DNA of 64,000 nt from the human T2T-CHM13v2.0 reference genome, Homo sapiens. The notes under the pieces are model-generated. The model was not told where the DNA came from and searched no databases. It saw nothing but the letters and a program-made list of their open reading frames with translations. This document shows positions 13,501-27,245 of the stretch, piece by piece; position 1 is the first letter of the stretch; each line of letters starts with the position of its first letter. The stretch is taken from the NCBI RefSeq assembly GCF_009914755.1, contig NC_060936.1; one strand, given 5' to 3'. The position numbers and the translations under genes were made by a program.

Positions 13501-14339
13501 TTCAAAAAACCAATTTCTTTGGTTTCTGAGGACATTTATAGCTCATTCCTATTTTGTTTCATTATTACATCACAGGTTGCATTGATAAATGGTAGAATCA
13601 TATATCTCCATATTAAAGAAGAATAGGTGATGGAAGTAGAACATTTTCTTTATTGTTTGTCCCATTTGGATGGAGAAAAAAGAGGTTCCCATCTAGTTTA
13701 CACCATGAAATTATGGCTTATTTATCCTATGCCAGTTCCCTCAGAGAGGAAAAAGATGTCTAGGGGCTTTTGATACCAGAAGGAATCCCTTATCCTGGAT
13801 TCAGTTTGTTCTCATAAAAATTTAAGAACACTGATATGGCAGGAGCGGTGGAGGGAAAGCACCAAGAGAAACATAAGGGAATCAGAGAGATGAGGGATGA
13901 ACGTGGGACTCCAAAAAAGATAAATTGATCCGCTGTCAGTGCAGTGGAATGAAAATGAAATCAGTGTAGGCAGTGCCCATTTCCCTCCTCATGCCTAGCC
14001 ACAAACACTGCTTTAAATAAAACGTATTTCTTTTATTTCCCATTTCTTGCTTGCTAACTTAAAGATAAATGACTTGCTTGCAAGTGTAGTGGAAAGGAAA
14101 TAAAATCGGTAACAGGCAGTGCCCAAAATGCCCCAGCTGCTTAACGGCCTGGCCTTGAGCAATACACAGTTTTTATGGAAAAGTTTTACTGTTCTGCTGT
14201 TAAGGAAACAAAAGCAACTCTCCCCACCTCCCTACCCCCCACCTCCCAATTCTTAAAAAATAAAGGCAAAGAAAAGTAAAAAAAAAAAAACCAAAACCAT
14301 AGCTCAAAAAAGCCAAAGCAATTCAGAATCATGCACATA

Positions 14340-14620
14340 GTTGGTTCATGTGGCCACAGGGATGTTACGTGAGGGAGCGGAAGTGTCAGAACTGGAGCCG
14401 AGCGAGCAGCGCTCTGCCTGGAAAGCTACTCTCACGGCGATGGGAGAGCCTGTGGTCATGCTTCTGCAGCCAGGGGTCAGCGGCTGGTAATTAGACCCAC
14501 TGGTGTACGTAGGCAATTGGATAAGCAATTAAATAGTTTGTGAGCAGCAGCTTGGAGCACTCTCAAAGGCTGGCAGTTAGGCAGCTCTGTAATTTGAAGT
14601 AACTGGGTAGTTTCATACAC
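14340..14620. promoter_or_regulatory. Candidate intronic enhancer or alternative promoter
   Basis: Non-repeat, GC-richer patch with 9 CpGs in about 150 bp; GCGGAAGTG (ETS) at 14377-14385, TTACGTGA (bZIP/HRE-like) at 14365-14372, TAATTA homeobox site. Confidence 0.4.
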
Positions 14621-14781
14621 AGGGCAGGACAGTTTAGTGCTGGGAAGTAGGAAAATAAAGTACTTTCAGAGCGAAAATAATATCCTATTAAAAATAATAG
14701 GAGACATTTAGTGGGTAGTCCCTCCTGTGCCTGACACTAAGCTTGGGTGGTTTACACCTACAGTTTCCTTAATCTTTAGAA

Positions 14782-14970
14782 CAGCGCTTCTCAAACTTTA
14801 GCATGCCTTAGATTCACCAGGAAGACTTGTTGCAACACAGGTATCTGGGTCCCATTGCCAGGATTCTAATTCAAGAGGTCTGGGGTGGAGCGTGAGAATA
14901 TGCATTTCTAACAAGTTTCCAGGTGATGTTGCTAGCTGTTGCTCCGAGAACCACATTTTGAAAACCACTG
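14782..14970. mobile_element. MER5A (hAT-Charlie)
   Basis: cagcgcttctcaaa ... ttgaaaaccactg TIRs; tgcatttctaacaagtttccaggtgatg. Confidence 0.9.
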
Positions 14971-14999
14971 CCGACATGAAACCCTCTGTGGTAATAGTA

Positions 15000-15230
15000 A
15001 CAATAGCAAACACCTGCTGTATGCCAGGCAATTTGCTAAGCAATTCACATCTGTTATCTCATTTAATCTTTACAAAACTTTATTGGGTGTATCATTTACT
15101 CTCTTTAAGTGTAGAGCTTTGGGCTCCCACAAGTCAAAAGACTTACCCAAAGACATAGATATAACAAGTAATGGAGCCGGGATTTGAATGTAAGTGTTGA
15201 TTTCCAAAACCATGTGCTAACCACTATCCC
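15000..15230 (-). mobile_element. MIR SINE
   Basis: tatgccaggca...atctcatttaatctttacaa...gggatttgaa. Confidence 0.6.
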
Positions 15231-15702
15231 ATAGCACTTACCGGTGTCTTGTCTTTTCATATAGCTTGAGTCATATTTTTGACCTGCCCCTGTTTTCCAA
15301 GAAAATACCTAAAATATACTGAGAAAGTACCTAAAAATAACTGAGATACAGACCTCCTGGGAAGGGTGGCATCAGGTATGGCTGAGCAAGCTGGGCGAGA
15401 CTTCATGGAAGAGGTAGGACTTGAGCTGAAAAGGTGGGTGGACCCAGGTTTATGAGGGAAAAGGAATGAGTTGTGGGGCACTCTACGAGATGTGTGTGCC
15501 TTTGTATACATGCAGTGAGAAAAATGGCCCAACCTAGAGGAAGTTGTGTGGCAAGAGGTGGAAAGATAGGCATGTTGAATTACATATGGATCAGTTTGAA
15601 TGACTAGAATGAGAAGCTGGGTTTAGAAATGATTTGACCAACTCTACATAAAGGAAAGTTGAATTAAGGTGAGTGCACTCCTTGTCTATATTCTTTACTT
15701 CT

Positions 15703-16416
<714 letters not shown>

Positions 16417-16569
16417 CTTCTTTAATAATGTCTCTTCCACAACTAATTATTTATTTCAAAAATATTTATTGAATATTTTCTACATACTAGGTACTGAGTC
16501 TACTGGGCTAGGCACTAGAGTGAGTTAAGGACAGAGACACTGCTCTCAGAGACCTTACAATGGAGCCCC

Positions 16570-16727
16570 TTGCTATTCAGTGATCAGCAGCATCAGTATT
16601 GGGCATCATCTCGGAGTTTGTTAGAAATGCAGAATCTCTGGTGCAGGCTAGACCTGCTGAATCAGAATCCACATTTAAACGATATTCTGAGGCAATTCAT
16701 TTGGACCTTAATGTTTGAGAAGCACTA
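16570..16727. mobile_element. MER5-type hAT element
   Basis: ttgttagaaatgcagaatctc...gacctgctgaatcagaatc...tttgagaagcact. Confidence 0.75.
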
Positions 16728-18259
16728 GACCATTCAGCTTTTAGCAATTTGCCTTCTTCTCAAGTTTACTGAAATTATCACCACCTTTGAAGGATAGTCT
16801 GACTTAGGAGATGAATACATTTCCTAGAATGAGCAAAGTAAAATTAGGAATTTATGAGGATGCGAAGGAAATAAAATCCTTGACTAATGGTTGTCAGGTC
16901 CTTGATTTAATGCCCCCAGTAATGGGGAGTGCACTCATTACCTTTCTATCTCTTCTTCAGCTTCTAACTCAGGGCAAAGAACTTTGGTGGTACCCAGTGA
17001 AGACTGACAGATTGGTTAAATGATGGAGAAACTAATACAGATTAAATCAGAAAATATAGATTGTCTTGAACATTTACCAATATGTATTTATGTCCTACTA
17101 TAAGAGTCAATGCAAGGATAAAAACAATAAGGAAATATATTTTAGTAGATTTGAAGGTTGTCTGAATTGGAAAATGTTAACAATTAGAAATTTGGAATAG
17201 GAGAGAGTAGTAATCCGGGCGAAGAGAATTGAGACCTAATTTTAGAAAAGGTGTTTTGGGGAGATATTGTGAAAAATTTGTGACAGTAATGAGGTTAAAA
17301 TCAGAGCTCCGTACTACTGAAGATTTCTTGTTCTATGCACTACAAGTGGATAGACATGGGCGATAGGAACCCAGGAGATAGAAATTCACAAACCTCAATG
17401 ATTAAGTGTATAGACAAGAATGCATACATATGTCCTTAGTAAATCTTGTCTAATCCTCTTGCCCATGTGGCATGAATACACTTCTAAAGATGGAAATGGG
17501 GACAAAAATATCTTAACACCATCAGATTGAGCGAGTGCTTTGAATTTGGGATTGAGGTAAAGTGTTATTTTGAACCTTGGTCATCTCTTAATATTTTTCT
17601 GTTAGGAGTACATAGACTTCCTGTTGGAAATCCTATTATTCAAGAAACATAGTTTTTTAAAAAAGCATTATTATGCTGAATAATTCAAATTTAAGTGACA
17701 GTGGATGGAGAGAAGTGATGTTTTATGGTCCAATTATTTAGGGATTAAAGTCAACCGTTTGATTTTCTATAGCTAGTGGAATGGGTATAATTTTAGGTTT
17801 ATTGAGAGTCTTCTGAATGGCTTTCCTAATTACTCTCTCTTCTTTTAATTCTTTGAAAGTGGAGAGAGAAGAGCAGCAGTGGCTTCTACCATTATAATTG
17901 CATTTCAAGGGGCATGGCATAAAATAATCACATTACAGTGCTCATGGAGAGTAAAAATTTCTGTGTAATATATTGTTCAGCAAATCATTCATCATCATAA
18001 TTGCCATAGTCGACATTTTGCTCATTTGTAGATCTTTCCTTTCTTGCCAGAATTTTTCTTCAGTAAAAATGATTTAAAGAGTAGCTACAGGGTTCAATCT
18101 GGTTCTTCATGATAGAACAGATATAAGAACAGTGTATTTTCCAAATCAGCTCCTACTCAAACTCTAGTTTGTTGTGAGTGCGCATTCCTTAGGAGCTTGC
18201 ATTTTAAGAGTCCACAACTAAATTGGGGTTCTAGCACCAGAGTGGCTAGCAACCCTGCC

Positions 18260-18991
18260 CTAATAAGAAATGAAGGGGAGCCGGATATGGGTGTTTATAG
18301 TGTACTTTTTACAGGAAATTTCTTTTACCTGGCAGACGGCCTGATGCCCAGCTGTCTGATCTGCAACCAGGGGGTCCCTCAGCTAGGAAACTTGTTTAGC
18401 CTGGCAAATGCCCTTGTAGCTCTTGTCTGATCCATATCCAGTTTATGCATGCCTGACCATAGCTCTAGAACTGGGAGCCTGACCTTGTGTTCACTCTGGC
18501 CTCCCAGGGAAAACCCAGACTTAGTAGGCCGAAGTTCATCAGATGGAAGGCACAAATTCAATACACCACCACAATAGGAAATAAGTTCAAAGATTTATTA
18601 CTTACAGATCCTGAGCGAGGAGGGTGCAATGATTGAGGGCAGTCCTTCATCCCCGGGTCACGCCAGGCAGGAATGAAAAGAGTCAGGCAGGGGGACGGAA
18701 GAGAGCATGGCAACTAACAGTGGATATAAAAGGAATAGGATCTTCGTCACTTTTAAGTTCGCAGGCAAATGCCAGAATGATCCCTTTAAAGGAAGCAGCA
18801 GGAAAGCAGAGAGGGTAGGCAGGAGAGATGCCTCTAAGTTCTTACCTCTGGCCACAGCCTAATCCATTTGGGTGTGGTGTAGAACTGGAAACTGTGTCAA
18901 GGGTGACTATGCCCTGCTTCTGACATGAGAGAGTTAAACTTATACTCAAAATGGATGCTGAGGCAACATAAAATTATGAGAATTCACTACA
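18260..18991 (-). mobile_element. ERVL solo LTR (MER54/MER73-like)
   Basis: Reverse strand begins TGTAGTGAATTCTCATAATTTTATGTTGCCTCAGCATCCATTTTGA; left boundary approximate. Confidence 0.7.
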
Positions 18992-20339
18992 GCTTGCCAA
19001 TCACAGAGAATTTCCTTTATGTGCTCTTGGGGGTAAATTCTAGATTCTAACAAGAGATTTCAGGGAGTACACCCCATTATTACTGCAAAGGCTTTATATC
19101 TATTTTAGGAAGACCATTCCTTGAACTGCAGACATTAAATACAAATGAACAGTGGACACCCATGTATGATACTAGAAATTAATTTGGCATTTAGTCATCT
19201 TTTATTTCAGTCTTTTCTGTGGTGGGCCAGAAAGATAAAGTAGACAGGAACCAAAACGAGACATTTGGCACCAAACACCAAACTGTACTTAGGTAGGCAT
19301 ATATCATGCAGATCTTCCCCCACCTCCTGCCAACTACCTCTCTGCACACACACAATCATTCATTAAGTAAGTGCTCTCCATGAGCACTGTAATATGAGCA
19401 AACTGAGGGCACAGACGGTGTCATAATCATGTAGGCTTGCCTTGTAGAGCCTTGCATTTAGGAATTTTTAAATAGCACTTGAACTGATTGAATGAAACAT
19501 TGAGTAAAATATTTCCCAGAAATTGTGGCAACAATTCAGAATGTTGATTTATATCTCTGGTGATCATATTTGGAAGCCCAAAATTGGAGACAATTGTTTG
19601 ATAAGTGGGCAAGATATTTGAATTCAGAGCTGCCTTAAAAAACCCAGGGTGTACAATTGCCACATCTGTATTTCTGTTAAAGAACATGAGGTTCATGAAC
19701 AATTATTTTAGAAATGCTAGTGAGCAAGTTGGATAATACATTTAACACATTAAAAAAAGTAAAAGTTGTAAATTTAATATGATTTTTGTTAGACATAAGC
19801 ACATTTAAGTAGTTAGGAATGGAAGTACATATGTAGGATGTGGGATAGAGCATTTATGGTGAGGCTGGAGATGCAGTTTTCTTTAGGTGCCAATATAAGG
19901 AGAAAAGAATTTTAACATTTGTTGAGAACTTACCATTTATTATCTATTCTAAAACTTCAGAGCCAGGTTTTATTATACCTGTTTTGCCACTAGGAAATTG
20001 AAGTTCAGAGAGGTTATTTGACTCCAAAACCTGTGCTGCACACTGTTTTATGTTAAACCGTTGTAAAATCTTAGACCCACAAAAGGAAATCAGCAGCTAA
20101 TACAATCTCTCCTAATCCCAAAAGTTATTCATATTATCTATGAATGAAAATATCATGAGAATTTCCTCTGTGCTTTTTCCTTATATTTAATCAGCTCAAG
20201 GATTGTCCTCTCCATGAAATTTGCTTTCTCTGTGCCTTTCAGGATGGGTTAGCTGCCTATGGCATGTCAACATGTTGCATTTAGTTATCCCTTTCTGTGT
20301 CTGTCTCCCCCAAGAAACAGGTCCTAGAGCCTTGGTACT

Positions 20340-20716
20340 TGTATTAGTTCATTTTTTGTTGCTGTAATGGAATGCCTGAGACTGGATAATTTACAAACAG
20401 TAGAAGCGTATTTGGCTCATGATTCCGGAGGCTGAAAAGTCCAAAAGCATGATGCCCAGTATCTGGTGAGGGCCTTTGTGCTGTGTCATCCCATGGCAGA
20501 AAGTGGAAGGCCAGGAGGTGTGCAAGAGCAAGAGAGCAGGAGGAGGCCAAACTCACTCTTGTAACAAGCCCACTTTCATGGTAACTAACTCACTGTTGCA
20601 TTAACAACATTAATCCATTCATTTGGGCAGAGCGCTCATAACCTAGTGACCACTTATTAGGCCCCACCTCCCAAAACTGCTGCATGAACTTTGGGGGACA
20701 CATTCAAACCATAGCA
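20340..20716 (-). mobile_element. MaLR solo LTR (MSTC/MSTD/MLT1A-like) inserted near the end of a MER5
   Basis: TGTATTAG...CAAACCATAGCA; TSD GTACT/CTACT. Confidence 0.88.
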
Positions 20717-20870
20717 CTACTCAAAGTGGTCTGCAGACTGCCAGCATTGACATCATCTGTGAGCATGTTAGAAATGCAGAATCTCAGGTTTCACTCCAGA
20801 CTTACTAAATCAGAATCTGTATTTTAAGGAAATTGCCAGGTGATTTGTATGCATTTTAATTGAGAAGCCC
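20717..20870. mobile_element. MER5-type hAT element
   Basis: tactcaaagtggtc...gttagaaatgcagaatctcagg...ttgagaagc. Confidence 0.75.
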
Positions 20871-23539
20871 CATCCTAGCACATGATTAGTACTGTTTGGA
20901 GCAATTAGATGCAACAGTGAATGACAGTAACATACACGAAGCCCACTTCGCTGCTTGAGTTTTAGAAAGGTCCGGTTGCTCCAGCTTCCTGAAGTGGCAG
21001 AGACAAGTCTCAGGAGTGTCAGCTGACAGAGGTCTTTTCCTTCTGCTCCTGTAGTTGTTCTTTTCAGGCTGGGATGAGCTGCATGGCTGAAAGGAAAGGG
21101 AGATAGTCATGCTCCTCATGCAGGGGCAGAGGAGCTTCAGGCACTCACCCTTCTGGTGCTTTGCCCCAGTATATCCCAGGCAGGAGCAAACAACTCTCAA
21201 TACACATGTGCTGTGATGCCAGGAAGAAACAAAGGGAGAAGTAAATCTAAAACTTCATTTTTAGACCTTCTTCAGAGACAGCGAGTAGTTTCTCCCCTTA
21301 ATTATTTATGGTGTTACCTTGGTGGTATTTATAGATTATGATCAGGTTCCCTCCTTGAAGTTCATTCTCTAGACGGTATAAATTTAGTTTCCCTGAGTGT
21401 GTCTCGTATGTCCTTTCCTCTGAGCCAAGTCTGAAATGCATTCTATTCCCCTTTGCGTGCTCTGTGATTTATCTGCATTATTCCCAAACTGCTTGAGTCA
21501 GACGAGTTCCTGCTTATGTCTTTTGCTGGTCTAGATTCACTGCTGCCTCCCTGCCTTTACCTGCTGTTCCTAATATGCATCTCTGAAATTTGCACTGCTA
21601 TTATTATTATTTTGTCAGCCCACTGAAAACATTTAAATGTAGCAGAAAAATACACTGTTTTCCCATTGCACGTAATTGGCTGTGGTTACACGTAGTACTA
21701 GCAACACTTTTAGGTAAGAAGTTCAGATCTGTGAAAAATCTATCGGCAAAATCAAGGAAATCTTCAAGCAGAACTCGGAAAAAAAGCAACTTATAGAAAA
21801 TTTCGAATCTGCAGGAATTTTCTGCTAACTGGAACTCGAAAATATGTTTCAGATGACTTTTTGTACAAGTGTCGCTGTGCCTGCTTATGTTTTCACACAG
21901 AATGTTGGAAAGAAATGCTTTTTCTTTTTCTTGGCTATACTTATTTATTAGATTGATGCCAAGCTTTTCCTCTGAAGCTTTTTATTGCCAATGTGAGAAT
22001 CTATTCTGCCATCCTGCCTTAGGCAAAAATCCTGTTGTTTTCTAACTAAGGACGGTAGTGATGATTGTTTTTCTGCTTGGCAGTTGTTATGTCACGGTTA
22101 GGGTTGATCGTGTAAACAGAATGTGATCTTAATTGGTGTTTTCTACTTGTAGCACTTGGTAATTTTTAAATAATTAAAGAAAGATGAAGAAATAGCTAAA
22201 TTGACCTTCAGAACGTGGGATCATTGATGGCAGAGAAAAGAACGTATTTGAGAATCAGTGTGTGGTATACAGGGGACAGAAGTACTTTGCCAAAAGGAGT
22301 TAGAGTGTAGGTTCTAGCTTTTTATCTGACATCCACTCATTATATGACTTTGCCCACGTCACTTGCTTGTACTGAGGATAAGTTTCTTCTACTTCACAAG
22401 GCTATAAAGAGGACTCAGTGGTTGATGTATGTAAAGCCCTGTGCAAACAATGATGTGCCATAAACATATCAGGTCGCAGATGATGATGAAGATGCTGTTG
22501 CTACTGCTGCTTATGGTAATGTAACTTAAGTCCACGGGGAAGACATATTCTAGATAAATTTTGTGAACCTACAACATGTCTTTATAGAGAGATACTAACA
22601 AAAGGAGACTCTTAGTATATGATTTCTCCAAGAATTTCAAGATATCGTAATCAACATGGTTTGAGTTCTTTAAAGAAGAAAAAGCCTTTAAACGCTTTCT
22701 CTTTTGAAATTGGCCTTACATAGGAGGAAAGGATCATATTAAAGTAAACAAATTCAGTTTATCTGTATTTTCAGTAGAAGAATATTTCTTAAGTAAAAAT
22801 TCTAGAAATAACCTTTTTCTTTGATGTGTTGAATATTGTGATCTGTTGTATGACAGATAATTGCCATCTCACTTTAACTGAATTTCCAGCACGGTGGAGC
22901 AATCCCTATGTAAAAGTCCACCTTCTTCACATCTCTTGATTTCTTAGGATACTCCCATAATTTTTTCCTTTTTGGTAAATTTTCACTGTCCTGAAGCTCT
23001 TACACAGTTTAATTTCTACTAATTATGTTTACCTTATATTTTACTGAAAATATTGAAACTTTTACTTTCATATTCCTCCTTTACCTTTCCAATAATATTG
23101 ACTAGTATTACTATCTTCATCCACTGTTATCTCAACGAATGAAGTATCATTTCTTATCTTCAAGACTATCTTTCTATACCTATGCCTTAACCCTTACACC
23201 TACTGGTTATGCCATTTCACACTGAAAGTGTACCTTAATAAGACCGTTTACGTTTTTTGGGGGTCTCATTTGCCTCATCTCTAAGGAACGTCAGCATAGA
23301 GCTGATAGGGTACTCCAATTCTATTTTCCTTTATCTAGCAGGATTTTGCTCTCATAGTTATGTTTCCAATGAGCATCTTCTATTTCTCCTTTATTGATTT
23401 TATTCCTTCTGCCTGAAAACAGACATAATTATTTATTGGTTTGATTATCCATCAATGTGTTCATTCAAAACAAAATCAAATCATGGTTTTATTATGTTAG
23501 GCATTGCACATTTAGAAATGAATGAGACACAGCCCTTGA

Positions 23540-23960
23540 CTATGGTGGATACTCTGGTGCTCACCTATCCCCCACCCATTGAGAATGCCTGCTACTAAAG
23601 GATCATAGTTGAGTTCTCCACTGGAAATTGCCCTTGGCCACAGGGACCTTATTCAGCCAAGGTTTATCTCCCTGGGAGAGAAGGGGTAAGGGCAAAATAA
23701 ATGACTGTCTGATGTAAAGATAGACAGGTATGCCTTCTTACCTCGATTTGTGACAACACTGAAGAAACTTCATAGCCACACATCTTCCCTTAGGATTGGC
23801 TGAGGCTTCAGTTGCAACTGCATTGCAGGTCAGCTTCTGCCTCTGCCCAGTCCTACCTTCCCCACTTCCTTATGGGTATGTCTTGTAAGAGTATATCCCA
23901 ACAAACTTTCTGTATGCAACTCTCCCTGTTGCATAACTCACCTGGGAGTATGGGAACTCA
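23540..23960 (+). mobile_element. LTR16-like ERVL LTR
   Basis: ggattggctgaggcttcagttgcaactgcattgcag...ctctgcccagtcctaccttcc. Confidence 0.65.
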
Positions 23961-24220
23961 GAAAATGATAGAGAAGTCATGATTGATGATCTGTTACTTG
24001 GTGTGTGTAGAAGTTAGCTGTTCAGATGAAGCAGATAAACACAATCCAACTACCCAGATGTTTTTTGTTATAAGGCTTGATATATTTGGGCAACCCTAAG
24101 TAGCAATGAACTCTGCATAAAGTGAATGGCTGTGTGCAGTAAGCATCTATTGCTTTATTTCTGTCTAGCACACATTTCACTTTTTTCCAGTATTACCACA
24201 TTGAGTTTGCTATGAGGAAC

Positions 24221-24693
24221 TGTTTTAGTTCAGATTAGATTTAGCTGCATATAATGGAAACCCCACAAATAACAGTGGCTTATACTAGAAATGTGCCTAC
24301 TTCTCTCTTACATAAAAGGAGTATAGAGGTAGTCAGTCTGATGCTGCTGTAGTGCTTCATGGTGTTAGGGACTCAACTTCACTCTATGCTGTTGTCCTGC
24401 CGTGGGTGGCTTACAGTCTCAAAGCCACTTGATGTCCAAGATGGGTGCTAGACCCATCTACTCCTGCATTCCAAGCAGCAGGAAAGAGGAAAGGGAGAAA
24501 AAGGCTTGCCCTCATCTTTAAGGATACTTCCCAGAGTTGTACACAGTAGCCCCCTCATATGTTCCATTGGCCAGAACATGGTCACACGGTGTAGAATGGT
24601 AAAATTGTAAGCTTTATTATAAAGGACTACATATGAAGTTAAAAATAGGATGAAAAGACAGAATATTGTGAATAATTAGCAGTCTCTGCCACA
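24221..24693 (-). mobile_element. Old MaLR LTR (MLT1J-like)
   Basis: tgttttagtt...aacagtggctta...ccattggccagaac...gtctctgccaca. Confidence 0.65.
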
Positions 24694-24920
24694 GAAGCTA
24701 TCACCTCCCACTGGGTACAATCTTGTTAGATACGGGAGTGGGCAGTGACTTTAACCCAGCTAAGCCATGGTATTTGCCCATTTCTTCCATTTGTTTATGG
24801 TATATGAGCTGAGTGACCCACAGCTGACATGGAGGGTGTTCCTAAAGGACCATCCATGTGTTTCTAAAACTTGGAACCTCTTTTTTCTCATTCTATTCTA
24901 TCAGGCTTTCCTTCAGTTTT

Positions 24921-25203
24921 TTTTTTTTTAATTATACTCTAAGTTCTAGGGTACATGTGCAAAATGTGCAGATCTGATACATAGGTATACACGTGCCATG
25001 TTGGTTTGCTGCACCCATCAGCTCATCATTTACATTAGGTATTTCTCCTAATGCTATCCGTCCCCCAGCCCCCAACCCCCTGATGTTCCCCGCCCTGTGT
25101 CCAAGTGATCTCATTGTTCAATTCCCACCTAGGAGTGAGAACATGTGGTGGTTGGTTTTCTGTCCTTGTGATAGTTTGCTGAGAATGATGGTTTCCAGCT
25201 TCA
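24921..25203 (-). mobile_element. 5'-truncated L1PA (L1PA5-7-like) 3' end
   Basis: Poly-T plus L1 3' UTR; TSD CTTCAGTTTT at 24911-24920 and 25199-25208. Confidence 0.92.
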
Positions 25204-26659
25204 GTTTTGTGAATCACCCCATATTTCTTCTTAAGTCTGATTTTGTTTCTGTTATTTGCAAATAATTTTCTAACTGGCATATCATATTATTCAAATTAAA
25301 GGATTCATTGTTATTCCATAGATGAAAGAGTGCATTGATGGTTTTTAAGCAGATAGTGTTGTTATCAGATGTTTGCTTTGGAAATTTTTTTGAAAACTTG
25401 AAAATTGGATGAATTGAAAGGAGTTAAGATTAGAAGCAGAGAGAGTTCTAAAATTAGTGCATTAATGTAGATGAGAAGTGGTGATGGGTAGAGCTTAGCA
25501 ATAGCAACGACAGAGTCAAAGGGCAGTATTTGAAAGATATTTGGGAAGTAGAATCAACAGAAATTAAAACATGTATCTGCGGACAAATGTATTTGTCGAA
25601 GATGAATCTGGTGTTTATAAAGACAGTTCTAAAAGTCTTCTAAAAGTAACTTCTTCAAAATCCTGAGCTGTTAAGTTACAAGAATATTCAGAAGGAATGT
25701 TTGAAAATGATTTTGGAAGAACTAGTCTACAGAAATGACAAGCCACAAAACAGCAGGAAATAAGTCAGTATTAGGAAGGATTGAAATACACAATTCAAAA
25801 TCATTGCTCAGGATACAAATATGAGTTAAAAAAAAAGACTTTAAAAACTCCCAAATTTCTGTGGAGTGATTTGAAACAAAATTGGAGCTCAATTAGAGAA
25901 AGAATTGCCCATATTTGTTACTTCTCTTTCAAATTGTGTTTTACTGTTATATTTTGATTCTATTCACTCATTTTTATCATTACACAATAACCTACTTTAA
26001 AGAAAATCATGGTTATAACCTTTTTGCTAGATTGGCAAATACTTGAGCAATGTGGTTTAAGTGAAAATAAGTTAAATCTGCCATACTAAGAATTTGTTTT
26101 AGTTCTCGTCTAATCATTTCTTTTTAAATGTGTACTCCAAACTAATTTTCAGTATCTTGAACTCTTAGAAAACAGAATGGGTTTTCAAGAAGAGGGAGAT
26201 TCCTGGTATTTGCTAAAAATTTGAGACATATCTCTCCCTAAATAGTCTTTTTGAATATACTCTTCCTGTTTCCTAAAGAAAGAAATAATGAAGAGAATAT
26301 GGTTAGTATAGGCAATTGAGATGTGGAATTGGGTGAATTAATCTTTTTTATTTTCATTAACTAGTGAGGTAAGCAATGAATAAAGAGAAAAACATTGGAG
26401 TATAATTTATATATTTTATAAGTAGATTTAACTAGTATCTTTGAGGAAGAGCTATTTTTATTGTCTTAATATTAGAGGAAGATGAAGTTGTACATATAGG
26501 AATTAGAACACATTCATTGATTTTCTTTCTTCACTATAATGTTGTGTAATATAGTTTTATAGACAGGAACCTTGGATGGAGCATTTTTTTTCCCTTTCAT
26601 CTTTTTGGAACTCAGCCATTGTAGCAACTAAGCTTTGAGATATTATTTAGTTTTCATGA

Positions 26660-26910
26660 TAACGCTAATAATTAATAGCCAGTGTACAGCATTTATTATG
26701 TGGCAGGCACTGTTGTGCGTGCTTTACACATGTAATAATTCTAACGTCCTATGAGGTGGGTCCTGTTACTACCTCCATCGTGTAACTAAGCAAACTGAGG
26801 AATGAAGAGGTTATATAACTTGCACAAGGCTACATAACTAACTTTCAGAACCAGGATTCTAAGCCAGGCAGTCAGACTTCAGCCTATGGTCTTAATCACG
26901 CTGCTTTATA
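26660..26910 (-). mobile_element. MIR SINE
   Basis: tggcaggcactgtt...cctatgaggtggg...aaactgagg...aggattctaagccaggcagtc. Confidence 0.75.
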
Positions 26911-26985
26911 GATAGCATATATTGATGATGTCGACTTGAATCACCCAAAGAAGAAAACAGAGAAAGTCACTTCTCAATATGAGTA

Positions 26986-27245
26986 CAATTGTCCCTCAGG
27001 ATATGTGGGATATTGGGTATTGGTGCCAGGGAACACCCCCCACCCCGCCCCTGTGCATACTCAACTCCACACATACTCAAGTCCTCGCAGTTGACCTGTG
27101 CTATCTGAATATACAAAACAGTCGGCCGTTTATATATGCAAATTTTGCATCCTGTGAATGCTATATTTTCAATTCACATTTGATTGAAAAAAATATGCCT
27201 ATGAATGGACTTGTATAGTTCAAACACCTGTTCAAGGGTCAACTG
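26986..27245 (+). mobile_element. MER8 (TcMar-Tigger)
   Basis: TA|CAATTGTCCCTC ... GTTCAAGGGTCAACTG; catactcaagtcc. Confidence 0.8.
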
